64,000 bases of DNA from Lama guanicoe (lineage: Eukaryota). Location of the stretch: assembly GCA_013239625.1 (NCBI GenBank), contig MU054323.1, positions 16,558,029-16,622,028 on the forward strand, in the 5' to 3' direction. Shown here in pieces: positions 48,958 through 60,615 of this stretch. Positions within the stretch are counted from its first letter, which is position 1, and each line of letters starts with the position of its first letter. Made by a program: the position numbers and the translations under genes. Below the pieces are notes generated by a model. It was given only the letters and a program-made list of their open reading frames with translations, had not been told where the DNA came from and did not search any database.

Positions 48958-50344
48958 CCTTACTCGACTGTCACTATTTGTATCAGCTCTCAATGCTGAG
49001 TTCTCTGGTTTCATCTAATTTAACCTGTAAACCCACAGACACATCTTTTTGGGATGAGCACTTCTTTCCCAGGCTCCATCTGTTGGTCTCCACATCAGTC
49101 TAGGTGCTTCTGGCTGTGCGGGCTCCTCCCCTCCCTCCGCTCAGCAATTCAGGAATTACTGGACCCCCTGAGGTGACACCTGTGTCCACTTGTGCCTATG
49201 GCCTCCTTAAAACCCAGAGCTCTCTCTGGTCCTCCATAGCTCCTGTAGAATGCAGCCCCATCTACACAGTAGCTGCTTAACAAACTTTTGCTGATGTGAG
49301 TTACTGATGAAGGAACAGGAGAAAGTGTTAGGAAATCGAATTCAAGGTGCCAGTGAAAAGAGTTTGATGAAATAAAGGGTTGTCCCAGCATAACATCTGT
49401 TTTATGGTTGCCATAGAAACCAGGCTGCTCTTTAGGCCTCATGCTTTGAGGCCCAGATGATTGAGGACAATCAGCAGCGAAGAGGCCATTCCTGGTAAAG
49501 AATGACCTTGGCTCGATTACTCAATGTCCTTATCTATGAACCCAGGGGGACAGATGATGTCTCAATCCCTGTGCTGGTATTTAGCCCATATTCCCCTGTA
49601 AGTGCATTCCAAGTATTAATAGGTTTAAATACTTTCCTACGGGTTTGTAAATAGCTGTTGGTCCAGCTCCCCTAAGGGCTTCCCTCCAACCTCCTCCTCT
49701 CCCTTTCACTGTCCTGACTTTCTGTCCCTCTCCAGTCCCCCTAGATCTAGCAACTAAAGGGCTAATGCCTGACCCAGCAGGGGACTTCCAGACCCAACCC
49801 TGCAGCCTTGGGAAAATACTGCTGTGCCCACCCTGGTCAGGCCCCTGCAGTCCACAAAAGAAACATGGATTAGACCCTCCTTGGAGGGTTTGGTTGGATC
49901 AGAGAGATGAAGATTTGCTTAGGTCTGAATGACTCAGTCTGGCTGTCCAGATTGTGTCTCGTTCTGTGCACAGGGGCTCTACCCAGGCAAGGCCTGGAAG
50001 GAAAAGTCACAGCCACAGGGGTGGGCTTGGAGCCTGCAGCCCTGGAAAGGCAAGCCAATCCTCTTGGACAATTGGTGGCTCAGTGGGACCTCCCTTCATG
50101 AGGGCTGAGTTTAAGCTGCTTGCTCAGATTTATCCTGTTGACCCAGGCCACAGCCAGTGCAGCACACACCCAAGGCTACTGCTGAAGATAAAGGAAAGAT
50201 TTGTATGAAAAATTGAACTGGAGGAAGGGATTTGAGGGTCAAGTCCACAGAAGATTCAGAGACTTGACTGGATCCATGTTTTCTTCCTTCCACATCCTAT
50301 GTGGTATGTTGATGGCTAAAGCTTCAGTATTGTAAAATGTTTTG

Positions 50345-50535
50345 CAGTCTGCACAGAACTTTAACATGCACAATCGTATCTGATTCTCATGACAATCTTA
50401 TGCCTGGCAGTAGTTATTGTTACTCTTTTACAAACAAGGAAACCAGACTCAGAGAGGTTCAATAATCTGCCCACATCCCTTTTGAAGTCAGGCCCTCAGA
50501 CTTTAATCCCAATGTTTCCTATTACATCATGTTGC
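50345..50535 (-). mobile_element. MIR
   Basis: TTTTACAAACAAGGAAACCAGACTCAGAGAGGTTCAATAATCTGCCC. Confidence 0.8.
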
Positions 50536-50625
50536 TTTGTAAAGTCCTTTGAGTAAAGACGGTGCCCTCTTTTGTTTGATTTAGGAAGCAGCCCAGTGAA
50601 GCTTAGTGATTTATATTCATTTCTA

Positions 50626-50644
50626 AAGCAAGTAGGTGGCAGCG
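50626..50644 (+). promoter_or_regulatory. Candidate CTCF site, forward
   Basis: AAGCAAGTAGGTGGCAGCG matches the core AGTAGGTGGCAG with one mismatch at the CC position. Confidence 0.4.
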
Positions 50645-52945
50645 TGTTAGATTAGGTGAAGGTTGAAAGGAAATATAAGACAGGGTCCCGGGAGTTGCTG
50701 CCTTGTCAGTAAAACAGCACTCATACACATGAAATGCTTAAAGAAAAATATAAGAATCCATCTTATTTTTGTCATAAGAACTAACTGATTTCTCTACAAG
50801 GGAATATCAGATGAATACAGTTCATTGCAACACTGCCTTTTCAACAGCAAGTGAAATAAACACAAAACCTAGCAAGATAAAGTTTATTTTTTGGATGTGT
50901 ACCTATAAGCAAAGAACAGAATGACTGATTTAGTTAATGGAGAAGAAGGACTTCCCAGGATTGGAGAAGAATGAAGAAGAAAGAAAAGCAACCTACTCTA
51001 ATAGTAGAACTGGGAGAGGCATACATTTCAGGTAATGTATGTTTACAGGATCCACTAAGGGATGGGGTTTGTGATGAGAAACCTTTAGACATTTTCACAT
51101 TTGTCCTCACTTGTCTGTCTGGGTTCCTCTATGTGGATTTTTCTCTGTAGAAGATGAGACTAAATAACTTTTCACATAGTTTTGTGATTTAATGATCATT
51201 TTACCTGCCATATTTATAAGGACACAAAGACATTTTTATTCTTTCAGCAGCTGGTAGGTGAATTCCTCTTCAACAGAGTCCCATCTTTGTTGGGAAAATA
51301 CTCGATAGGGCCATTCAGAGCAGATAAGTCTTGGGGACAGGGAGATGTTTGGGAGGGCTGGTGCCAAGGTCATGTGGGCAGGGCATACAGTGCAAGGAGA
51401 TGAGGCTGTCTGCTCCCTGTGGAAGGATGGCGGTGGAGTTCGGAAGGAGAAGAGGGAGGAGGAGAGAAGTGAAGATGTAGAAGATGGCGGGCTATGGAGT
51501 GTTGTCATATGACCCCCTGTGACTCCTCTCTGATGTCATTAGCTTTAAGAGATGATTGAGGAGAATGACCAGTTACAGAACCTTCCAAGGACCTGAGCGT
51601 CCAGGTTGAGGGAAGAAAAAACAGAGATACATTTGTGAATTCAGGAGCTTAACCAAGTTTCATTAGAAAGTTTCCTCAGTCCCCAGAGGGCAAGGAAGTC
51701 TCAGCCAACATCTGGGTTCCATAGTTATCCCCTTTAAGACATTTTTTTTATATCTGAATCAATACAAATTGCTTGCTTTACTAGTTTTTAAATCTGGGGC
51801 GGCGGGGGGAGGTTGTACCAGGTATCTTATTGGTCCTCCTCAACTCAAGGCACCACGATTCTTTCTGTGCTGTAAATTATAGTTTCTGAAAATCTGGTCT
51901 TTGAAAGCCCTCCAGGTGGTCTGTGGTTGCCCAAATGCAATGAGTATGTTTTGTTTGAAGAGTATTTTCTGCTAGAGATTTGAATTCTCCATAAAAGGGT
52001 ACAGAAATAGATATTTGAAAATTATAACCACAAAGATGGTCATATGCTAGGCAAACACTTCAAATGGTATGGGGGGGGGTGTGTGCGCGCGCGTGCATGT
52101 GTGTTCTGTGGTTGCAAGCAGAAGCTTTGAGATAGGTGGTCCAAGGGATTCCTTTGTGTGGTTTACAGTCTAGAAATCTCATTTGGGGTGAAGTTAAGCC
52201 AAACACTTTCAAGATGCTGAGAAATCAAACCACTTTGTTTGAGAATCTTTAAAATAGGTATTTGAAACTGATATTTCAACTGAGAAATGATCCTGACCCT
52301 AAACCTTTGCAATTTCATTTGTGACCATAATAGAAGGATATCTTGGCCACAACACCCTCATACCCAGTTTTATTTCTAGCAGTATATATAACTTCTCAGC
52401 TTTGAAGTTTAGTGCTGAGTCATTTTTTAGGGGATGCTTTGGGAAGAGAAACAATTAGGAAATCCATTCTTAGAAAGGGTCTTTTGAAAACCTTCATTAA
52501 TTTTTATCATTGTACTGATTTTTTAACTTCAGTATTAAAAAAATGCACTTCTATCCATTGAAGCCATGGCAAGAGTGCAGATCATTCAGACAGCAAGAAT
52601 TTGGTGGCAGTATAGTTTTCTTTAATCTCCCCACATCATAAAAGCATAGCTACTAAGATGATAAAAAATATTGAGGAATCTTTAACAAAACTAGGTAAAA
52701 AGGAATTCCCACAGCCCCAGAATAGAATCTGGAAGGGTGTGCCGAAATATGGGACAGCAGCAGAGCCTGAGAGAGGAAGCAAAGCCCAGAAAGATCTTAC
52801 GAGTAGAGATTCCATAAATTACCAGCAAAACTCACCCCTGAAAGGAGAGGATCAAACACTGTGTGAGAACCTAGGTGAGCAAATTGAAAAACCTCCGGTG
52901 AGAAAGGCTCCAGTTTGGTGGGAGAAGGCGGCTGGACTGTGTTGT

Positions 52946-53425
52946 TGTGGTAGACTGAGTCACGACCCCCCAGACATGTCCAGGTCCTAATCCCTGGAAC
53001 CTGTGAATATGTTTCCTTACTTGGCAGGAGTCATAGCAGATGCAACTAAGGATGGATGGGGAGATGACCCTGGACTATCCAGGTGGGCCTAATATGATCA
53101 TCCTCCTTATAGGAGGGAGGCAGGAGGATCAGAGTCAGAGGAGAGATGTGCCAACAGAAGCAGAGGTTGGAGTGGTGTGCTTTGAAGATGGAGGAAGGGG
53201 CTCCAAGCCAAGCATCAGGCAGCCCCTAGAAGCTGGAAAAGGCCAGGAAACGGGTTCTCCCTGAGAGTCTCCAGAGGGAGTCAGGTCCTGCCAACACCTT
53301 GATTTTAGCCAAGTGAAACCCGTTTTGGACTTCTGAACTCCATAATGGCAAGCTAATAAATTTGCATTGTTTTAAGCCACTGAGTGTATTATGGTTTGTT
53401 ACATTAATAATAGGAAACTAATACA
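52946..53425 (+). mobile_element. MLT1D-like MaLR solo LTR, full length
   Basis: TG...CA termini; GTCCTAATCCCTGGAACCTGTGAATATGTT, CTGGACTATCCAGGTGGGCCTAAT, CTAGAAGCTGGAAAAGGC, AATAAATTTG...TTTTAAGCCACT, ATAGGAAACTAATACA. Confidence 0.92.
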
Positions 53426-53429
53426 GATG

Positions 53430-53770
53430 GAAACTACATTTCCCACAATCCCCTTTACTTTATGTCCTGGTTAGAGCTGGTCAAAAGATGAACTCAGACA
53501 AGATTTGGGATACAGGAGCAAGTGAAGCAGGAGCTATTCCTCCCAGAGGGTCTTTGTGATAAGATAAAGTGCCCCATATGGTCCTTGCTCTCCTCCGCTC
53601 CCCGACTGGCTCCTCTGTCAGACTGCAGGCCCCACTGCAGCCCTAGGCCTCCCGTCAGATGCTTGGCTGTGAGCCCACAGAGGCCACAGCTACACCAAGG
53701 CGAGAGCTTCCTATAGACCCCTTCCCGAGTTCCCTCCATAGCCCCAGCTCAGCGCTGGACGCTTGGCTTC
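53430..53770 (+). mobile_element. ERVL LTR fragment (LTR33/LTR41-like)
   Basis: AACTACATTTCCCACAATCCCC...GGTTAGAGCTGGTCAAAAGATGAACT...AGATTTGG...AAGTGAAGCAG. Confidence 0.55.
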
Positions 53771-53839
53771 TCAGATTCCACTGCATTCTTCAACCTGTCC
53801 TCTAATACCAGAGCCTCGAGAGGATTAGATAATGTTGAA

Positions 53840-54285
53840 GTGTGTCAAAGTGATGATACCATTTACTTTGCAATGTGTAGAAATTTCTATTGTCCCATAA
53901 CCTCAACAACACTCGTTATTGACAGGTTCTTAAATTTTGACCAATTTGTAAGCTACGTGCTGATATAACCTGGTGGCTTTAATTTGCATTTCCCTGATAA
54001 CTAATGAGGTCGAACATCTTGGAACACTTGTAATGGCCTTCTGGATTTACTGGTTTGTAAAGTGCGTGTGACTTTTGCCCATTTTTCTACTAGGTTGTCT
54101 GCCTTTTTCTTATTTATTCATGGTGATTTATATTCTCTCGATATTCATCATTTATCAATTATACGTATTGCAAAAATCTTATCCCAGTGGGTGGCTTGTC
54201 TTTTCACTGTCTTTAAAAAGTTCCTAACTTTAATGTGATCAAACTTATCAGTCGTTTTTTTTTTTTAATGGTAAGTGCTTATTAT
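53840..54285 (-). mobile_element. Ancient L1 ORF2 segment, inverted part
   Basis: TTTAATTTGCATTTCCCTGATAACTAATGAGGTCGAACATCTT and TTTTGCCCATTTTTCTA are antisense ORF2 3' motifs. Confidence 0.85.
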
Positions 54286-54868
54286 GCATACACTAAAACC
54301 CAGCAATTCTACTCCTAGATATATGCCCTAGAAAAACTCATGCAAAATTCTCCAGATGTAGAAGTTTTCATAGCAGCATTGTTCCTAATAGGTAATAGGG
54401 GGGAAAAACAAACAAACAAACAAACCTAGATGCTCCCTAAATGTCCGTCAAGAAAGGCGATAAATCCATGTAGGCATATCCATACAAGGCAATGAACTAT
54501 AAACACATGCATTCACATGGATTTATTTCACAAATATACTGTTAGTTGAAAAAAATAATTATTAAAATTCAAAATCAGCCCCAAGTTTAAAAATATGCTA
54601 TTTGGGGGTAAAAATCAGAAGTTCTAAGCTTTAAAGAAAAGGAAGGGGGCCATTCTCACAAACCTGAAGATTAAGGTTACCCCTGGGGAGGAGGGAATGT
54701 GAGATGAGAGGGGCACTCAAGGGGCTTCTAAACTGCTGGGGGTTCTAAAGTTCTTTTTATCCTAAAAGGTGTTTGCATAGTTATTTGCTTTATTATCATC
54801 TTTGAAATGAGCATATGCTTTACATACTCATTGTTATATGATCTATTTTTCCAATAAAATATTTTAAC
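54286..54868 (+). mobile_element. Ancient L1 (L1ME-type) 3' end, sense part
   Basis: ACCCAGCAATTCTACTCCTAGATATATGCCC, TTCATAGCAGCATTGTTC, GGTTACCCCTGGGGAG and a terminal AATAAA. Confidence 0.85.
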
Positions 54869-54944
54869 AGATATTATTCTCCTAACAACAGTATTTGTCA
54901 TCTTGGTTTAAGGGAGCCCAATAGAAGATACAGAATATTTTAGG

Positions 54945-55100
54945 GGAGCAATTCCCAATATCCGGCTGTGGAGCTGCTGTATTAGAATCATGCGGGCCGT
55001 GTATTAAAACTACAGACTGTCGGCCCCGACCGAGGCTACAGAATCAGAATGTCCAGGGTGGGGCTGAGGAATCCGTGTCATTTTGCCCAGGTAATTTGCT
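54945..55100. mobile_element. MER5-like MITE
   Basis: TATTAGAATCA...ACAGAATCAGAATGTCCAGGGTGGGGCTGAGGAATC...CCCAGGTAATT. Confidence 0.7.
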
Positions 55101-56084
55101 ACCTAGTTAAGTTGGGCTACCCCAGAGCACTTAGTCCTTTGTAAGAATCTAAGGGCGTCTGTGGCTCCCTGCTGCCCTCTCGTGGCCAGTTTTTCCTCCC
55201 ACCCTGAGCAGAGTAAGCCAGCCAAGGTGAGCAAGAGAACAGATTCTATCAGTGGTCTGTCCGGGGTTGGTGGTGGCTCTGAGGACTGCACAGTTGGGCT
55301 AGATGCCAAAACATGGCACCTAGAACCCACTAGCTTGTCTAGTATTTCTGTTGAAGTCCTAAGTGCTCTTGCCTGGCTTACTTTCTTAAACTTACCTGTG
55401 CTTCTCCTGATAGAGATGATCTCAGGGACCCATAGACCCCTCCTACCTGCTCCAGACACTCGTGCCACTTGGACCTCCTTGCCCACAGAGATGCTCTGAC
55501 TGGATCCTGCCTCCCCACCTGGACCCACCATCCACACACACCTGCCCTGCGTTAGCTGGTCTCAATTTCTGCCAGAATGGACATCCATAGTCCCTTGGTC
55601 CTGGGCTCTCCTGAATGATCCTGTCCTGCCCTGTGACTTCCACAAGACCAGGGATGAAGAGAAGGTAAGACCCAAAGCCACAGAGAACTGCAGCCCTGAG
55701 GCAGATGAATGTTCTGAGGTTGCATTGAACGTGTCCAGTGCCTGCTGCTCCCCCATCTCCAACTTGCTTCCTCCTCCTTTGTCTCTTTTCCCTCCTCAAA
55801 TGATTAGAGTTTCTGATTCCTGACATTGAGCGTGGAATGGGCAGATTTGCTAAGAAAAATCATGGAATTTGTGTAACTCAAAGAAGGATCCTGGACCAGA
55901 CCCCAGCGGCAGATTTTAACTGTACAGAGTTCTCACTCACTTTGCCCCATGTCTGTCCACAGCTCAGTCCCTGTGAGAATCCTGAATTTAGACCCTGTTA
56001 TTGTACGTGGCCACTGACTTCTCTAGAGGAATAAATCCCTGCTCCCCCCCTGGGAGGACATAACCCACCGGTGAAGTATGAAGA

Positions 56085-56330
56085 CAGTGAAGTATGATGA
56101 TTGAAAATGTGAATTCAGAATAAGAATTGGATTTGGAATCTCTGCTTGCTTATATGCTGGGTGGTCTTGGGACATTATTTTAGTGTCTCTAAACCTCAAT
56201 TTCCTCATCTGTAAGATGGCACTTAACGATACTTAACTCAAGGTTTGCCATGATTATGAAATGAGAACGTGAAAAAAAGTACTTATCACATTTCATACAG
56301 AATTACTAAATAAATATTATTTCTTATTAT
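56085..56330 (+). mobile_element. MIR, near full length
   Basis: TCTCTAAACCTCAATTTCCTCATCTGTAAGATGG...GATTATGAAATGAGA. Confidence 0.85.
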
Positions 56331-57062
56331 TTATTTTGAGGTCTAGACCTTTTAGGGCTCAAAGGGCTGTATCTTTGGGGTGGTGGCATTTGGGACCCTG
56401 GGCAGCATATGTTGCCCAAAGGCTCCTTTCTAAACAGCCAGCTCCCTGGGAACTCTCTAGAGCACTCTCCAGCCTGACTCCATTCCAACCCCTCCGAACA
56501 CCATCATGACTCTGGCCCAGCAGCTGGAATCTTCAAGCAGGGGTCACACTTGTCAGTCAAGTCAGCCAAAAGCCCTGCTTAGTCTCTCCAGAATTCATAC
56601 CCAAAGCAACCTTTGCCTGCTTCACTGGGGACATTTCCTCAAGTCATCCCTCTGTTCTCTAGGACACAGAGCCTGGAGTATTACTCAAAGTGCTGGGTGC
56701 ACACTCACTTTGCATTTAATCATAAAGTAAACTCTTTATTCATAATTAGACATTGGGGAAAATTAAAACCTCACAGTAACCATAAGAGCTGAGGTATGAG
56801 CCTAACCTGCATTCATTGACTATATGATCTTGCTAATAAGAGTGATTTTCCTCTCTCTGGGCTTCTCACCTGCCAGGTGGAAGGGCTGGGCTGGACGGTT
56901 CAAGAGGCCTCTCCCAGCTCTGATGGGTCAGCACCAGGCTCACCAGTGCATAAGACAGTTATATGAGTCGTTTCTGCAGCAGCGCCCTTCTGAGATACTG
57001 CAGTTGTGCAACCAATATGTCTGTCTGCTTTATTGCTCAGTGAACTTCCAGGCTAGGTCCTT

Positions 57063-58584
57063 TTTTTTTTTTTATAACTTTTTTTTAATTGGTTTATAAT
57101 CATTTTACAATGTTGTGTCAAATTCCAGTGTAGAGCACAATATTTCAGTTACACACGAACATATATATATTCATTGTCACATTTTTTCTCTATGAGCTAC
57201 CATAAGATCTTGTGTAAATTTCCCTGTGCTATGCAGTATAATCTTGTTTATCTATTCTACAATTTTGAAATCCCATCTATCCCTTCCCACCCTCTGCCCC
57301 CTTGGCAACCACAAGTTTATATGCTATGTCTGAGTCTATTTCTGCTTTGTATTTATGCTTTTGTTTTTGTTTTTGTTTTTTAGATTCCACATATGAGCGA
57401 TCTCATATGGTATTTTTCTTTCTCTTTCTGGCTTACTTCACTTAGAATGACATTCTCCAGGAGCATCCATGTTGCCGCAAATGGTGTTATGTTGTCGGTT
57501 TTTATGGCTGAATAGTATTCCATTGTATAAATATACCACATCTTCTTTAACCAGTTATCTGTTGATGGACATTTAGGCTGTTTCCATGTCTTGGCTATTG
57601 TAAATAGTGCTGCTATGAACATTAGGGTGCAGGTGTCATCCTGAAGTAGGGTTCCTTCTGGATATAAGCCCCGGAGCGGGATTCCTGGGTCATACGGTGA
57701 GTCTATTCCTAGTCTTTTGAGGACTCTCCATACTGTTTTCCACAGTGGCTGCACCAAACTGCATTCCCACCAGCAGTGTAGGAGGGCTCCCCTTTCTCCA
57801 CACCCTCTCCAGCATTTGTCATTTGTGGATTTTTGAATGATGGCCATTCTGACTGGTGTGAGGTGATACCTCATTGTAGTTTTGATTTGCATTTCTCTGA
57901 TAATTAGTGATATTGAGCATTTTTTCATATTGCTTATTGATCATTTGTATGTCTTCCTTGGAGAATTGCTTGTTTAGGTCTTTTGCCCATTTTTGGATTG
58001 GGTTGTTTGGTTGTTTCTTATTAAGTCATATGAGCTGCTTATATATTCTGGAGATCAAGCCTTTGTCGGTTTCATTTGCAAAGATTTTCTCCCATTCCGT
58101 AGGTTGTCATTTTGTTTTACTTATGGTTTCCTTTGCTGTGCAGAAGCTTGTAAGTTTAATTAGGTCCCATTTGTTTATTCTTGCTTTTATTTCTTCTAAG
58201 AGAAAATTTTTGAGATGTATGTCAGATAATGTTTTGCCTATATTTTCCTGTAGGAGGTTTATTGTATCTTGTCTTGTGTTTAAGTCTTTGATCCATTTTG
58301 AGTTTATTTTTGTGTATGGTGTAAGGGAGTGTTCTAGCTTCATTGTTTTACATGTTGTTGTCCAGTTTTCCCAACACCATTTGCTGAAGAGACTGTCTTT
58401 ATTCCATTGTATATTCTTGCCTCCTTTGTTGAAGATTAGTTGACCAAAAATTTGTAGGTTCATTTCTGGGCTCTCTAGTCTGTTCCATTGGTCTATATGT
58501 CTGTTTTTGTACCAATACCATGCTGTTTTGATGACTGTAGCTCTATAGTATTGTCTGAAGTCTGGGAGAGTTATTCCTCCAGCA
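57063..58584 (-). mobile_element. Young 5'-truncated LINE-1 (camelid-type), ~1.5 kb, 13-bp TSD
   Basis: Poly(T) at 57061, then 3'UTR and ORF2 C-terminus; TSD AGGCTAGGTCCTT (57050-57062) / AGGTTAGGTCCTT (58585-58597). Confidence 0.96.
57380..58583 (-). pseudogene. L1 ORF2p C-terminal remnant (post-RT region and cysteine-rich domain)
   Basis: [41 protein letters not shown] (CX3CX7HX4C) and ...[11 protein letters not shown]; in-frame TGA at 58107-58109 and 58026-58028; +1 frameshift near 57930. Confidence 0.95.
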
Positions 58585-58930
58585 AGGTTAGGTCCTTGAC
58601 TCATCCATGACAAAGATCTTTTAAGGTGATTTGCTTGAGGTCACAAAGTAGGTCCATTTCAGAGGCCAAAACAGCAGCCCAGGGGTCCCTCCCAGAGTTA
58701 CTCTATCAAGACAGCCCCGGGCTAAAACCATCCCCACTGCCAGCACCCACAGGAAAATTCTTGATAAATTGATATCCATATGAAACTTTTTAACTTAAAT
58801 TTTAACTTTCAAAACAGTATGTATTGAAATATGTAGATTGTCATCATTCAAAACTCTTCCTTTAAACTGCATGAAACATTTAAATATTGTGGTGAAACTT
58901 TATCAGTCATCTTTTTCTTTCCATGTTTAA

Positions 58931-58962
58931 AACAAACAAACAAACAAACAAACAAAAAACAA
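58931..58962. repeat. (AAAC)n microsatellite
   Basis: Seen directly. Confidence 0.9.
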
Positions 58963-60189
58963 GAAATGACAGTTTCATTACACAGCCCCTAGGCCACTCA
59001 GGGCCCGCGGCACTAATTCGGTGTGGGGTTACTTAGTATTTCATAGGTCTTCATTTCAGAAGTGAGTGCTTTATACGTAGAGCTGACTGACACAGAAACC
59101 CACACTGGTTCAGCCCTGAGTGCTGAATCCCCAAAGAACAGTCAGGATCCCAGGAGGAAAACCACTTAAAGCAAACATTTTCCCCCAAGGCAACATTATC
59201 TTATCTCTGACTCTGTTCTCTTATCTAAGAAGAGAGGATCAAATTCTTTCTGCAGTCCCAGAGCAGTACTTGTATGCATGGAGAAATGCTGATTTCTTGT
59301 TTTCCTCTATCATAATTGCGACTTTCATGCAAGTTTGTTAAGGAAATTAGAGATTTTGTAGAATCTTGTGGTCAGGACGTCATTTTTTGGATATTTATGC
59401 TTAATTGTGCCACTGTTATTTTTATGAATAGCCAGTTTTTCTCAGAAAGTTCTGCTCCCCCTGCCCAGGTAGGAAAGCCGGCAAGTGTTTGTAAAATCCC
59501 TAGGGATGGAGTGGGTTGGGGAAGGCTGAGTGCTGAGAGGGCCAGAGACCAGAAAAAGCTTATGGTTGGGCCGCAAAAGAAACATAGTGCTAGGCCTTAA
59601 AACTAAACGTCATGGAAATGACCAAAGGTGGCAGCAGCTGAAGACAGAGCAAGGTCCTAAAGAGACAGAAAGCGAACAGGGAGAGGAAGACTCAGACTTA
59701 ACATCTAGAAGTAACTGAATTACCCTGGGTAGACAGTTTTGATTTCTGCCCTCACGTTGCTAGCCAGAATTAAGGGATTAAGGATACTTGACTGCCTGTA
59801 ATATTTAGGCCCTTGTTAATGATATTTCTGGCAACATAGTATGTTGCTGGAACACATTCTCCTTTTTAACGCAGTCATTACTCCTTAAAATGCAAAAGCA
59901 TATTAGCAGGAGAACTAGCTCAGGCTCATGACCAGCATCCTATTTCCTGAAGTCGGTTAATTAGCTAGAATTACTCTCGGAAGACAGGAAATATCTGGAC
60001 CTGAACTATTCTGATATGAAGTCAGGTTTAGAAATCTGACTCACTTTTGTTGATACATCTAGAGGAAGATACCAACTCTGTTCATGAAGTAATTTTGTTT
60101 TCTTACTCACAAGGTTCCCTGCACAATGGCCATTCCCCTCCCTGTTTTTGCTGTTTGACAGAGGCTGCCTCTCACAACAAAGCTGCAAA

Positions 60190-60615
60190 TGACAGTTACT
60201 TGTTTTTTTCCCTAAAATAGCTCCCTTTTAGCTAAGGCACGAGGATAATCAGTTACAGCTATTGAGACATAAGGAACATTTGGGGAAATCTTTCTCACTC
60301 ATAAAAAGAAAGAGATGCATGAGGAGAGCCTCCTTCTTCTTTCCTGCCTTTGAAAGCAGTTGTGAGAGGGCATGATTCCTAGAGGTGTGGCAGCCATCTT
60401 GCAATCATGAGGATACAAACCTAGGATGAAAGTCAATATGCTATGGGTAGCAGGATGGAAATATGGAAAGTGTCTGGGCTCCTAATGATACTGAGGGGAA
60501 GCTGGATTGATCTGATGTTCAGACGTTTTAAGATATGAGATAATAAGAATTTTGAGTGTTTAAGACACTTCACGTAGGTTTTTTTGTTATTTGTAGTCAG
60601 AGACATCCAAGCAAT
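60190..60615 (+). mobile_element. MLT1J-like MaLR LTR
   Basis: ATGATTCCTAGAGGTGTGGCAGCCATCTTGCAATCATGAGG...TGTTTAAGACACT...TGTTATTTGTAGTCAGAGACATCC. Confidence 0.8.

Noticed and set aside
57907..58443. 178-aa hydrophobic plus-strand ORF
   Set aside because: It lies antisense to L1 ORF2; a typical shadow ORF, not a membrane-protein gene.
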